DNA of 64,000 nucleotides from Legionellaceae bacterium UBA6148 (GTDB lineage Bacteria; Pseudomonadota; Gammaproteobacteria; Legionellales; Legionellaceae): NCBI GenBank assembly GCA_002423125.1, contig DIUW01000061.1, positions 197 to 64,196 of the forward strand, read 5' to 3'. Shown piece by piece: positions 9,584 to 17,956 of this stretch (position 1 is its first letter; each line of letters starts with the position of its first letter). The notes under the pieces were generated by a model. It saw only the letters and a program-made list of their open reading frames with translations, ran no database searches and was not told where the DNA came from. The position numbers and the translations under genes were made by a program.

Positions 9584-10123
9584 TTATCCATCGACCTTTT
9601 CTACGATATGTCGGGTTAAATATAAGGCTTGAAGGAAGACAAAGAGCAGAGTAAGGCCCGCTCCTCCAAATAATTTGAAGTTAACCCAAGCGTCTGTGTC
9701 GTAATGATGCGCTACGTAGAGGTTGACAATTCCCATTAAAATAAAAAAAACAGCCCAAGAAAAATTCAATCGATTCCATATTCTCGGGGGTAAATTGATG
9801 TTGCTATCGATCATTTTTTGTATAAGTGTTTTTTTACCGATAAAAAAGGAACCCAAAAAGGCCAGTGCAGATAGCCAATATATTCCGGTCGGTTTTAATT
9901 TTATAAACGCGGGGTCATGGAAAAATAAGGTGGCACTTCCGAGTATAAATATGAGTGCAAAACTAATTAAATGCATTTTTTCATAGCGCTGTTCTCTTAG
10001 TCGAAATACAATCACTTGAATAAAAGAGGCCATCATGGCAACGGCCGTTGCAGTATAAATGCCGTAGAATTTATAGCAGATAAAAAAAAGGATGATTGGA
10101 AAAATATCAAATAATAATTTCAT
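9584..10123 (-). CDS. yciB: Intracellular septation protein A (YciB)
   Basis: 179 aa five-helix membrane protein, collinear with E. coli YciB as I recall it ([48 protein letters not shown]). Confidence 0.9.
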   Translation of the reverse strand: MKLLFDIFPIILFFICYKFYGIYTATAVAMMASFIQVIVFRLREQRYEKMHLISFALIFILGSATLFFHDPAFIKLKPTGIYWLSALAFLGSFFIGKKTLIQKMIDSNINLPPRIWNRLNFSWAVFFILMGIVNLYVAHHYDTDAWVNFKLFGGAGLTLLFVFLQALYLTRHIVEKVDG

Positions 10124-10271
10124 CTTGTCCAGCAGAAAATAGGAATGTTAATACAGATTATAACACAAAACCCTATTTACTGTATTGCTCTTGGCCCCGC
10201 GTTAAAACCGCTGCGCTGAGGGGCCAAGTAGATCAACATTTTACACAAACGGGAGAATCGTAAGCAGTCAG

Positions 10272-10421
10272 TCTCTATCTCGATGGAAGGGACATTTGCT
10301 AATGGGCTTATCGTGATCTTGAGGCTTCCAGAATCTTCCCCAGTGCCTGGTCTTTTCCAGCTCGGACAAAACCGGCTTTGCATTGGGACTCAATATGTCC
10401 TCATCTAACGAGATAATGAGA
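10272..10421. ncRNA. Candidate structured ncRNA (possibly 6S/SsrS-like); strand unresolved, minus slightly favoured
   Basis: A GC-rich island sits in a 580 bp divergent intergenic region. Segments 10272-10295 and 10395-10421 are complementary (4+6+3+6 bp, interrupted) and close a roughly 150 nt domain. The minus-sense internal sequence ggaagcctcaagatcacga resembles the GAGAAGCCUUAAAACUGCGACGA stretch of E. coli 6S RNA as I recall it. The only ORF here (10177-10383) has no RBS or recognisable features. Confidence 0.3.
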
Positions 10422-10702
10422 AATGGTTTTAATCAATAGGTATGGCTCTTTTAAATTAAGTTAATAGAATTGCATTACGGCTTCAGTATAATCAAATTAT
10501 ATATTATTTATCAACACGGTGTTCATAAAAATACCCACTTATAGGGAGTGTTAACTTTTTTGTGTTATATGTTTTTGACTGTCATCCAAAAACTGCGGAT
10601 CAGAGTATATACGTAGAACAAAAGAGTAAAAAATATCTAATTGACCGTTTGTTAGTCATTAGTTATAATCTGCATTATTTTTAACATGCGTAATCATTTA
10701 TC

Positions 10703-12484
10703 ATGACTCATTCATCATTAGCTGAACCAGCTCATTTCAAAAAATCACTACAATTTTTATCTGATTATTTTTTAAATTCAAATGATATGTGGCAGGCTTG
10801 GCTACTGCTTTCCGGTTGTTTTTTTGGCACATTGACCATGATTGGTCTTGGCTTTCTTTTAGGGTGGTGGTGCTTCCCATATATTTTTTCAACATTTATA
10901 GCAAAAGACACTGCTGCACTCTTATTGGGATTAGGTGCTGGACTTTTAATTTCCGCTAGTTTGACTGCTGTTAATTATTTGACTAACTTTTTGAAAAATA
11001 AGCTGTATGTGAATTGGAGAGCCTGGTTAACTAAGAAAATAATAAACCAATACTTAAATAATGAAACAAATTACCTGGACATTTCACGAATTTATAAAAA
11101 TATTGATAATCCAGATCAACGTATTCAAGAAGATATTGATAAGGTTATTGAATCATCTCTGACCTTATCTTTAGGATTTATTGAAAACTTTTCTAATCTT
11201 GTCATTTATACCGTTCTTTTAAGTTTAGCCGGTGGTTCGCTATCTTTTATGATCTCTGGGGCAACGATAATCATTCCTGGATTTTTAGTCTTAGTAGCAT
11301 TAGCTGTGGGTATTGTAACGTCACTGATTGGTTACTTTATCAATAAGTCATTGCACCAATCGACTAATGAAGAAACAATTGCCCAGGCCGATTTACGATC
11401 TGATTTACAACACATTAAAACGTTCTCAGAAGAGATTGCAATTGAACATGCTGAGAAATATTATCAAACGCGACTAGAACAAGAAATCGATGTATTAAAT
11501 AAAAAAACCACCAAGCGATTATCGATTCAAAATGACACAATATCATTTAATTTATTTAATACAACCATTCAATTCATTATTCCATTCATTGTTGCAGCAC
11601 CTTTATATTTCACTGAAAAGATTACCTTGGATGTATTTTATTCTGTAGGATATTATTTTTCTATGATGACGCTTTCTTTAAACTGGTTTATCAACTCGTT
11701 TGAAGCAATTAATAAATTCCAAACTAGTTTAGGCCGTATCCTAGCATTACAACAAGCATTGGATAGAAATGATAGAGAGGAATCTTCTAAAAAGATTATT
11801 CGCACGATAGAACAAAATGATACTAATCTTGTAGTAAAAAACCTGAATCTTAATTTACATGGCGGTAACGAATTAGTCATTAAAGGACTTAATTTACAAT
11901 TTACGCCAGGAGTCCATACTCTAATTCAAGCCCCATCAGGGACAGGAAAGAGCAGTTTTTTCAAAGCAATCGCGGGAACGTGGTTATCCGGCGAGGGGGA
12001 AATTATCATTCCGAAGAGCTTGGAGTCCGTTTATTTTTTACCACAAAATCCTACGCTTCCGAATGATACGTTAAGAAAAGTACTCGCTTATCCTGATGCA
12101 AACTGTCCTTATTCTAATGATGAATTAATTTCCGCATTAAAAGCGGTTAATATGGAAAAAATTACTGAAAAATTAGATCAACCCATTGGTTTTAAATCAT
12201 TAGGGGAGCAACAACGAATTGCTTTTGCGCGTGTGTTACTAAGAAAACCTGATTGGATATTTCTGGATGAAGCGACCGCCTCTTTAGATGAAAATGTCGA
12301 AGAAGAGGTTTATTCTCGCCTCAAAGAACTTTTGCCGAAAACCACCATCATTAGTATCGCTCATCGCTCGACAGTGAAGCGTCATCATCATCATATTTTG
12401 TTTTTTAATGTGGACGATAAAAGAGACGTTCGAGTTGCAGATGAACCTGTATTATGGAGCAATCAGCAAGTGTGTAGCACTTAA
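10703..12484 (+). CDS. Fused ABC transporter permease/ATPase (YddA/SbmA-BacA-like, ABC_membrane_2 type)
   Basis: An N-terminal membrane domain of about 350 aa is followed by Walker A QAPSGTGKSS, signature SLGEQQRIAFARV, Walker B WIFLDEATASLD and H-loop ISIAHRS. Confidence 0.85.
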   Translation: MTHSSLAEPAHFKKSLQFLSDYFLNSNDMWQAWLLLSGCFFGTLTMIGLGFLLGWWCFPYIFSTFIAKDTAALLLGLGAGLLISASLTAVNYLTNFLKNKLYVNWRAWLTKKIINQYLNNETNYLDISRIYKNIDNPDQRIQEDIDKVIESSLTLSLGFIENFSNLVIYTVLLSLAGGSLSFMISGATIIIPGFLVLVALAVGIVTSLIGYFINKSLHQSTNEETIAQADLRSDLQHIKTFSEEIAIEHAEKYYQTRLEQEIDVLNKKTTKRLSIQNDTISFNLFNTTIQFIIPFIVAAPLYFTEKITLDVFYSVGYYFSMMTLSLNWFINSFEAINKFQTSLGRILALQQALDRNDREESSKKIIRTIEQNDTNLVVKNLNLNLHGGNELVIKGLNLQFTPGVHTLIQAPSGTGKSSFFKAIAGTWLSGEGEIIIPKSLESVYFLPQNPTLPNDTLRKVLAYPDANCPYSNDELISALKAVNMEKITEKLDQPIGFKSLGEQQRIAFARVLLRKPDWIFLDEATASLDENVEEEVYSRLKELLPKTTIISIAHRSTVKRHHHHILFFNVDDKRDVRVADEPVLWSNQQVCST

Positions 12485-12604
12485 CCTTCTCTCAAATGCC
12501 CTTATGCCTCGTACGGTTCGAGGGCCAAGCATATCGTTGTGCAAAATAAATGAAATTCTTGTCTATACTTCACTTGAGAGGGTCAAAAAAATAAGGGGAG
12601 TATC

Positions 12605-12811
12605 ATGGGAATACATAGTGACCACAATGATCAAACGAATTATGACTTTGATTATGGTTACAATGAGAATATGGATGAATTGAGACATAAGAGACAAGTA
12701 CGTCGAATGCTTGAAGATAAATTGGAGCGTAAGCGTCTTAGAGATGATCTTCGCAATGATTTCGATGAAGATTTTGAAGATAAATTTGATTGGGATGATA
12801 TCGAGCGCTGA
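12605..12811 (+). CDS. Small highly charged protein (68 aa), resembles the PA3496-type conserved small protein family
   Basis: Strong RBS AAGGGGAG 5 nt upstream. Basic helix RHKRQVRRMLEDKLERKRLRDDL followed by an acidic tail DFDEDFEDKFDWDD. The family assignment is from memory only. Confidence 0.5.
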   Translation: MGIHSDHNDQTNYDFDYGYNENMDELRHKRQVRRMLEDKLERKRLRDDLRNDFDEDFEDKFDWDDIER

Positions 12812-12813
12812 GA

Positions 12814-13668
12814 TTAAGGCGGTTTATGATCCGCAGAATATAGTGTATTTTGCAATAGCATACAAATTGTCATTGGGCCAACGCCGCCTGGTACAGGTGT
12901 TATCCATGCGGCACGTTCTTTTGCTTTTAAATAGTCCATATCTCCGTGAAGCGTGCCGTTTTCACTGCGGTGCATGCCGACATCGATAACGATTTGTTTT
13001 GCGTGAATCCAATCGGGTTTCACTACATCATAACTTCCTGTAGCAACTACAATTAAATCAGCTACTCGCACGTGATTTTCTAATGATCGAGTTGATCGAT
13101 GGCAGATGGTTACCGTTGATCCGGCAAGTAATAATTCCAATGCCATTGGGCGACCTACAATATTCGATGCACCTACAACGACGGCATGAAGACCACGTAA
13201 TGGAATCTCATAGTGTTGTAATAATCGAGTAATACCATAAGGTGTGCATGGACGTAGGTTAGGATTGCCTTGAGCCAACCGGCCGAGATTATATGGATGA
13301 AACCCATCTACATCTTTAGAGGGGATGATGCGTTCTATTATGATGTTTTTATTGATTTGAGAGGGCAGTGGTAACTGTACAAGGATTCCGTCAATATCCG
13401 GATTATGATTCAACTCGTCTATTAACGTGAGCAGATCGGATTGAGTTGTATTGGTTTCTAATGGATATGACTTTGAGGTTATTCCGGCCTCTGAACATGC
13501 TTTGATTTTGTTTTTGACATAGATGCTCGATGCGGGATCTTCTCCGACTTGAATAACGGCTAAGGCGGGCGGGCGTATGCCTTGTTGAGACCGAATAGAG
13601 ATAGCTTGTTTCATGCTGGCTATGATGTTTGTAGCGACTTGTTTACCGTCGAGAATGGATGCGGTCAT
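12814..13668 (-). CDS. folD: Bifunctional methylenetetrahydrofolate dehydrogenase/cyclohydrolase
   Basis: 284 aa collinear with Fol[65 protein letters not shown]. Confidence 0.95.
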   Translation of the reverse strand: MTASILDGKQVATNIIASMKQAISIRSQQGIRPPALAVIQVGEDPASSIYVKNKIKACSEAGITSKSYPLETNTTQSDLLTLIDELNHNPDIDGILVQLPLPSQINKNIIIERIIPSKDVDGFHPYNLGRLAQGNPNLRPCTPYGITRLLQHYEIPLRGLHAVVVGASNIVGRPMALELLLAGSTVTICHRSTRSLENHVRVADLIVVATGSYDVVKPDWIHAKQIVIDVGMHRSENGTLHGDMDYLKAKERAAWITPVPGGVGPMTICMLLQNTLYSADHKPP

Positions 13669-13686
13669 TGTATTTCTATACCTCTG

Positions 13687-15168
13687 TTAATATTGGCTCG
13701 TCACTCGGAGGACTTCGGCTAACGATGTATCGCCCGACAAAACCCGTTGAAATCCGTCTTGTCTTATATTCGGTACCATGGGTCGTAGGTAAGAATCGAT
13801 ACTTTGAGTGCTTTCATTGCGATGAATCATGCCTCGTAATGTTTCGTCCATGGGAATGAGCTCATAGATCCCCATTCGTCCACGGTAGCCCAGTTGATTA
13901 CAGCGATCGCAGCCAAGCGGCTCATAAATAACAGAGATTTTGTCTTTAGCACTAATTCCCATCAGTTCTTTTTCGTCGTCACGAATTTTATGTTTAACTT
14001 TACAATGATCACACAATCGTCTGACCAAGCGTTGTGCTAACAGACCAACAATACTGGATGAAATTAAAAAAGATTCCACTCCCATGTCATGTAAACGCGT
14101 TAAGGAGCCTAAAGCACTATTGGTGTGTAGCGTTGCGATCACCAGGTGACCGGTCAGACTTGCTTGAACTGCGATTTCAGCTGTTTCCAGGTCTCTTATT
14201 TCACCGATCATGACAACATCTGGATCTTGCCGGAGTATAGCACGTAATCCTTTAGCAAACGTCATACCGACCTTAGAGTTTACTTGTGTTTGACCTATTC
14301 CAGGTAAGTCATACTCAATGGGATCTTCAATGGTTAAAATATTTCGGCTAACAAGGTTTAGTTCACTGAGCATCGCATAAAGGGATGTGGTTTTTCCTGA
14401 CCCAGTTGGTCCTGTCACTAAAAGAATACCATGGGGTTGTGAAATAATAGTTCGAATGATGCTCAGGGTTTTATCAGGCATGCCCAAAAGGCTGAGATTT
14501 AACTCGACTGCTTGCCTGTCTAAAATTCGAAGTACAATACGTTCTCCGTGATTCGAAGGGAGCGTGGAGACGCGTACGTCGATGTTATTTCCCCCTACAC
14601 GCAAGGCAATTCGACCATCCTGAGGGATTCTTTTTTCGGCAATATCTAATTTAGCCATGACTTTAACGCGTGAAATGACGAGTGGCGCGATTCCGCGCTG
14701 AATTTCGAGTGATTCTTGCAATACACCGTCAATGCGCATGCGGACCAATACGTTGTTTTCATACGTTTCAATGTGAATATCGGACGCTTTTTGTTTTATG
14801 GCTTGTGAAAACAGAGCATTTAATAACCGAATAATCGGTGCTTCATCGTGATTTTCGAGTAAATCTTCGCTTGTTGGTAATTGGCTGGCTAATTGTGAAA
14901 GATCAAAGCTTTCTTGCATTCCTTCGGCAGCATCTGAAATGGACGATTGTGATTGATAACAGGCCGTCAGATGATGTTGGAATGTTGGTGTATCGACATC
15001 CAGGAGTTGTATCTCACGCTGTAGGAAACGTCTGATTTCTGAAAATACCGTTAATGGTGTCGTGGGTAGATGAGCGATGACCGCATGATGGTCATCCATT
15101 TCAGTCACAACAACCCCGTGTTTCTTAGCGAAGGCGTAAGGAAGGTGGGGCGTTTTGAGCTTATTCAT
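13687..15168 (-). CDS. gspE: Type II secretion ATPase GspE (LspE)
   Basis: Walker A GPTGSGKTT, Asp box, Walker B DPDVVMIGEIRD, His box ATLHTN, and the tetracysteine motif CDHCK...CDRCN. Starts 5 nt downstream of gspD. Confidence 0.95.
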   Translation of the reverse strand: MNKLKTPHLPYAFAKKHGVVVTEMDDHHAVIAHLPTTPLTVFSEIRRFLQREIQLLDVDTPTFQHHLTACYQSQSSISDAAEGMQESFDLSQLASQLPTSEDLLENHDEAPIIRLLNALFSQAIKQKASDIHIETYENNVLVRMRIDGVLQESLEIQRGIAPLVISRVKVMAKLDIAEKRIPQDGRIALRVGGNNIDVRVSTLPSNHGERIVLRILDRQAVELNLSLLGMPDKTLSIIRTIISQPHGILLVTGPTGSGKTTSLYAMLSELNLVSRNILTIEDPIEYDLPGIGQTQVNSKVGMTFAKGLRAILRQDPDVVMIGEIRDLETAEIAVQASLTGHLVIATLHTNSALGSLTRLHDMGVESFLISSSIVGLLAQRLVRRLCDHCKVKHKIRDDEKELMGISAKDKISVIYEPLGCDRCNQLGYRGRMGIYELIPMDETLRGMIHRNESTQSIDSYLRPMVPNIRQDGFQRVLSGDTSLAEVLRVTSQY

Positions 15169-15173
15169 ACGCG

Positions 15174-17264
15174 CTACTTCGCCGTAGTTACAATGGGTTT
15201 CATTTGAACTTTTACAGCAGCACCGGGTGGGTGGCTAAAAGGTCTTGGTAAGTTCGCTGCGCGCAAAGGTCTTAATAAGCTATTTTTATTACGAGCATCA
15301 TAATCTTGATTACGTAGAAACTCTAATTCAGATCGACGTGTGGTATGGTATTTTCTATCGCTGACACTTAATGCGTCTTTTTCATTTCTCAGAATGCATG
15401 GGCGAATAAAAACCATTAACACTTTCTTTTCTCGGTTCGTTACATTGCGCTGAAATAATTTACCGATACCAGGGATGCCTCCTAAAATGGGTATTCGATT
15501 ATCATCGTTACCGAGACTGTCTTGCGTTAAGCCGCCAAGAACAACAACATCACCACTTTCCACATGAACAGAGGTGACGATTGAACTGATGTTAAATGTA
15601 GGGTTCGTTCCAGGATTAATGACACTGGCCGTATCTAATGTATCATTGCCTTGATCGATTTGCAGCTGAATGCCACGTTCACGAGTAATTTGCGGCCTGA
15701 CGTATAAGTGTAATGCAACGTTCACTCGATCAAAGGTTGTATAAGGCGTTCCGCCATTCGTTGTGCCGTTTGCATTATTTGGATAGGAGGTTGATGCAAT
15801 GGAAACTTGCTTTCCTATTAATATCTTTGCTTGACGATTATCCAAGACAACGACCGATGGCGTTGACAAAATATTAGCACGTCGATCTCGCGCTAATGCG
15901 TAAATTTGTGCTTGGAATTGATTAATGCTAGTTTTTGAATTTAGAATCGCAAAGCCTGATTTAAATGTCGTCGGATCTAACGTTCGTTGATCGATACTTC
16001 CCCATTCAATACCTAAATCATTGAGATCCTGCTCATTGATTTCTGCAACTAATGCTTCAATGAGTAGTTGAGCAGGGCGGATGTCCAGTTCGCTGATGAC
16101 TCGTTTTAAGGTACGAATTAACGTTGCGGGTGCATTAATAATGACGGAGTTAGTGTTGGGTTCAGCAATAATTTGAACGGTCGGTTTTGTCGACCCTTCA
16201 TTTTTAGCACTGGCAGCGGCCGTCGATCCTGTCCCATCTGGTGTCGGTGTTGGAGTGGTTGGCTGTGACCCTGATGATGAGGTGTTTCCAACGACACTAG
16301 CCGCGGGGCTTGTACTATCTAATGCGGGTCTGGTGATTGTACCAATGGTCGTCCCTACAGTGCCTGTGAAATTCGCTTGCGCAACACCGGCCAGAATAGG
16401 GACTAAATCTTCAGCACGAAGATAATTTAAATAAACGACTTGAGTGTTACTGTTGTCTCCATTTGGATTGCGGCGATCCAGCTGAGAGATAATTAAACGA
16501 TATCGAATACGATCGGTTTTATTACCGCTGATTAAAATGGCATTACTTCGATCATCAGCAGCCACGTTTGTTTGACTCGAACCCATGCCGTTTGTAGGTG
16601 ATTTCACCAAGTCTTTGAGTGTTGTCACGACATCCATTGCTAAAGCAAAGTGCAGTGGAACAACATCAATGCCATTTGCTGAAGAGGTATCGACTTGGCT
16701 AATAATCCGTGAGAGTTGCTTGATGTTGTTTGCTTGCCCAGATAAAATTAACATGTTGGATGCTGCGTAAGCTGATACGTTACTGGCTTGAGGCATCAGC
16801 GGACGAAGCACTGGAACAAGTTGCTCTGCAGGAACATGTTTTACTGGTATCACTTGAACCATGACATCTTCACCATGGGGCCGGTGTTGCATTTGGGTCA
16901 GAACATCAGGTGCTTGGGTTCTCGCGTCAAGCGCAGGAATAATTTTAATCACATTGCCGGAGGGCATCGCAGCATATCCAGATACTTGTAACATGGATAG
17001 AAACACTTGGTATAGCGCTTCATTTGTCATGGGCGAACCAGAAGCAATAGAAATTTTCCCTTGAACTCTTGGATCAATAATAAAGTTTTTCCCTGTTATT
17101 CGTGATATTTCACCGATGACGGCTCGAATATCTGCGTTTTTAAGATTCCATATTTTAGCTGAAGAGACTGAACTTGGTTTTTCAGTTATAGGCGAAATTG
17201 TGCTGATGTCCGCAGCTTGGAGCATTGATGTCCATAGGAGCATGATATAAACGGTAATTCGCAT
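15174..17264 (-). CDS. gspD: Type II secretion secretin GspD (LspD)
   Basis: Signal peptide, N0-N3 repeats (NIKQLSRIISQVD; VAADDRSNAILISG; IIAEPNTNSVIINAP) and a C-terminal secretin domain (VVVLGGL ... IPILGGIPGIGKLF). Confidence 0.95.
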   Translation of the reverse strand: MRITVYIMLLWTSMLQAADISTISPITEKPSSVSSAKIWNLKNADIRAVIGEISRITGKNFIIDPRVQGKISIASGSPMTNEALYQVFLSMLQVSGYAAMPSGNVIKIIPALDARTQAPDVLTQMQHRPHGEDVMVQVIPVKHVPAEQLVPVLRPLMPQASNVSAYAASNMLILSGQANNIKQLSRIISQVDTSSANGIDVVPLHFALAMDVVTTLKDLVKSPTNGMGSSQTNVAADDRSNAILISGNKTDRIRYRLIISQLDRRNPNGDNSNTQVVYLNYLRAEDLVPILAGVAQANFTGTVGTTIGTITRPALDSTSPAASVVGNTSSSGSQPTTPTPTPDGTGSTAAASAKNEGSTKPTVQIIAEPNTNSVIINAPATLIRTLKRVISELDIRPAQLLIEALVAEINEQDLNDLGIEWGSIDQRTLDPTTFKSGFAILNSKTSINQFQAQIYALARDRRANILSTPSVVVLDNRQAKILIGKQVSIASTSYPNNANGTTNGGTPYTTFDRVNVALHLYVRPQITRERGIQLQIDQGNDTLDTASVINPGTNPTFNISSIVTSVHVESGDVVVLGGLTQDSLGNDDNRIPILGGIPGIGKLFQRNVTNREKKVLMVFIRPCILRNEKDALSVSDRKYHTTRRSELEFLRNQDYDARNKNSLLRPLRAANLPRPFSHPPGAAVKVQMKPIVTTAK

Positions 17265-17493
17265 TTAAAAACCGGTCAATTATTATTAAGAACATCATAG
17301 CGAACTTCAAGAAAATGCAACAGTATTTTTTTATCTATCAATATCTTTAATGTCTTGGTCTTTTTGATTCCAGATATCATAAGAGGAATTATTTTGGGCA
17401 TTATATTTAATTTGATAGACTAGTGCTACGAAAGTAGTGTACTTTTTTAAAATGATATATATTTACATATAAAATATCCCTCAGAGACATCCC

Positions 17494-17802
17494 ATGACTG
17501 ATAATAAATTCATGCTAGATGAAAAAGATGTGAAAATTTTAGAATCCATTCTCGGATGTATTATCCATCCTATTTATGTCTATGGATCTCGAGTTAAGGG
17601 CACTGCAAAACGCTTCTCTGATATTGATTTATATATCGAAGGATATCTATCAGATGAGGCATTGTCTAATCTGAACACTCAACTCGAGGAATCTTGTCTC
17701 TCAATTAAAGTTGATATAAAAAACCAGCTTAGCCCAGAATTTTTAAAATCCATTCGCCCTGATTTCGTTCCATTTTTTGCTCAGGAACTTGATCGGGCAT
17801 AG
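17494..17802 (+). CDS. Minimal nucleotidyltransferase (MNT / pol-beta superfamily) domain protein, no HEPN partner adjacent
   Basis: 102 aa with the pol-beta NTase signature YVYGSRVKGTAKRFSDIDLYI (GS-x10-D-x-D). Confidence 0.75.
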   Translation: MTDNKFMLDEKDVKILESILGCIIHPIYVYGSRVKGTAKRFSDIDLYIEGYLSDEALSNLNTQLEESCLSIKVDIKNQLSPEFLKSIRPDFVPFFAQELDRA

Positions 17803-17956
17803 AACTATTTGCTCGCTAAAAAGATCAATCATCACACATTGATTGCTTGCTGTAAACTCGAAATCGACAAATTTTTGGCTAAAATTTACATAATATGCTA
17901 ATATATAGTCATATTGATGTAGATGCTTTTGTTGAATTTCCAGTAGGGAATCACAG

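Noticed and set aside
10330-10350. The minus-sense GGCACTGGGGAAG looked like the CACTG...GGGAAG element of cobalamin riboswitches.
   Set aside because: No B12 box (AGYCMGGAGACCKGCC-like) and no GGGAA/GGTG upstream core were found. The neighbouring genes are unrelated to cobalamin.
10363-10378. ggacaaaaccggcttt resembles the 3' P4 strand of bacterial RNase P RNA (GACAGAACCCGGCUUA).
   Set aside because: The obligatory 5' partner GAGGAAAGUCCGGGC is absent on either strand. There is also not enough non-coding space (about 350-400 nt needed) upstream without running into yciB.
10177-10383. 68 aa ORF in the yciB / ABC-transporter intergenic region.
   Set aside because: It has no RBS, an odd composition and coincides with the GC-rich structured segment. 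An ncRNA or non-coding element explains it better.
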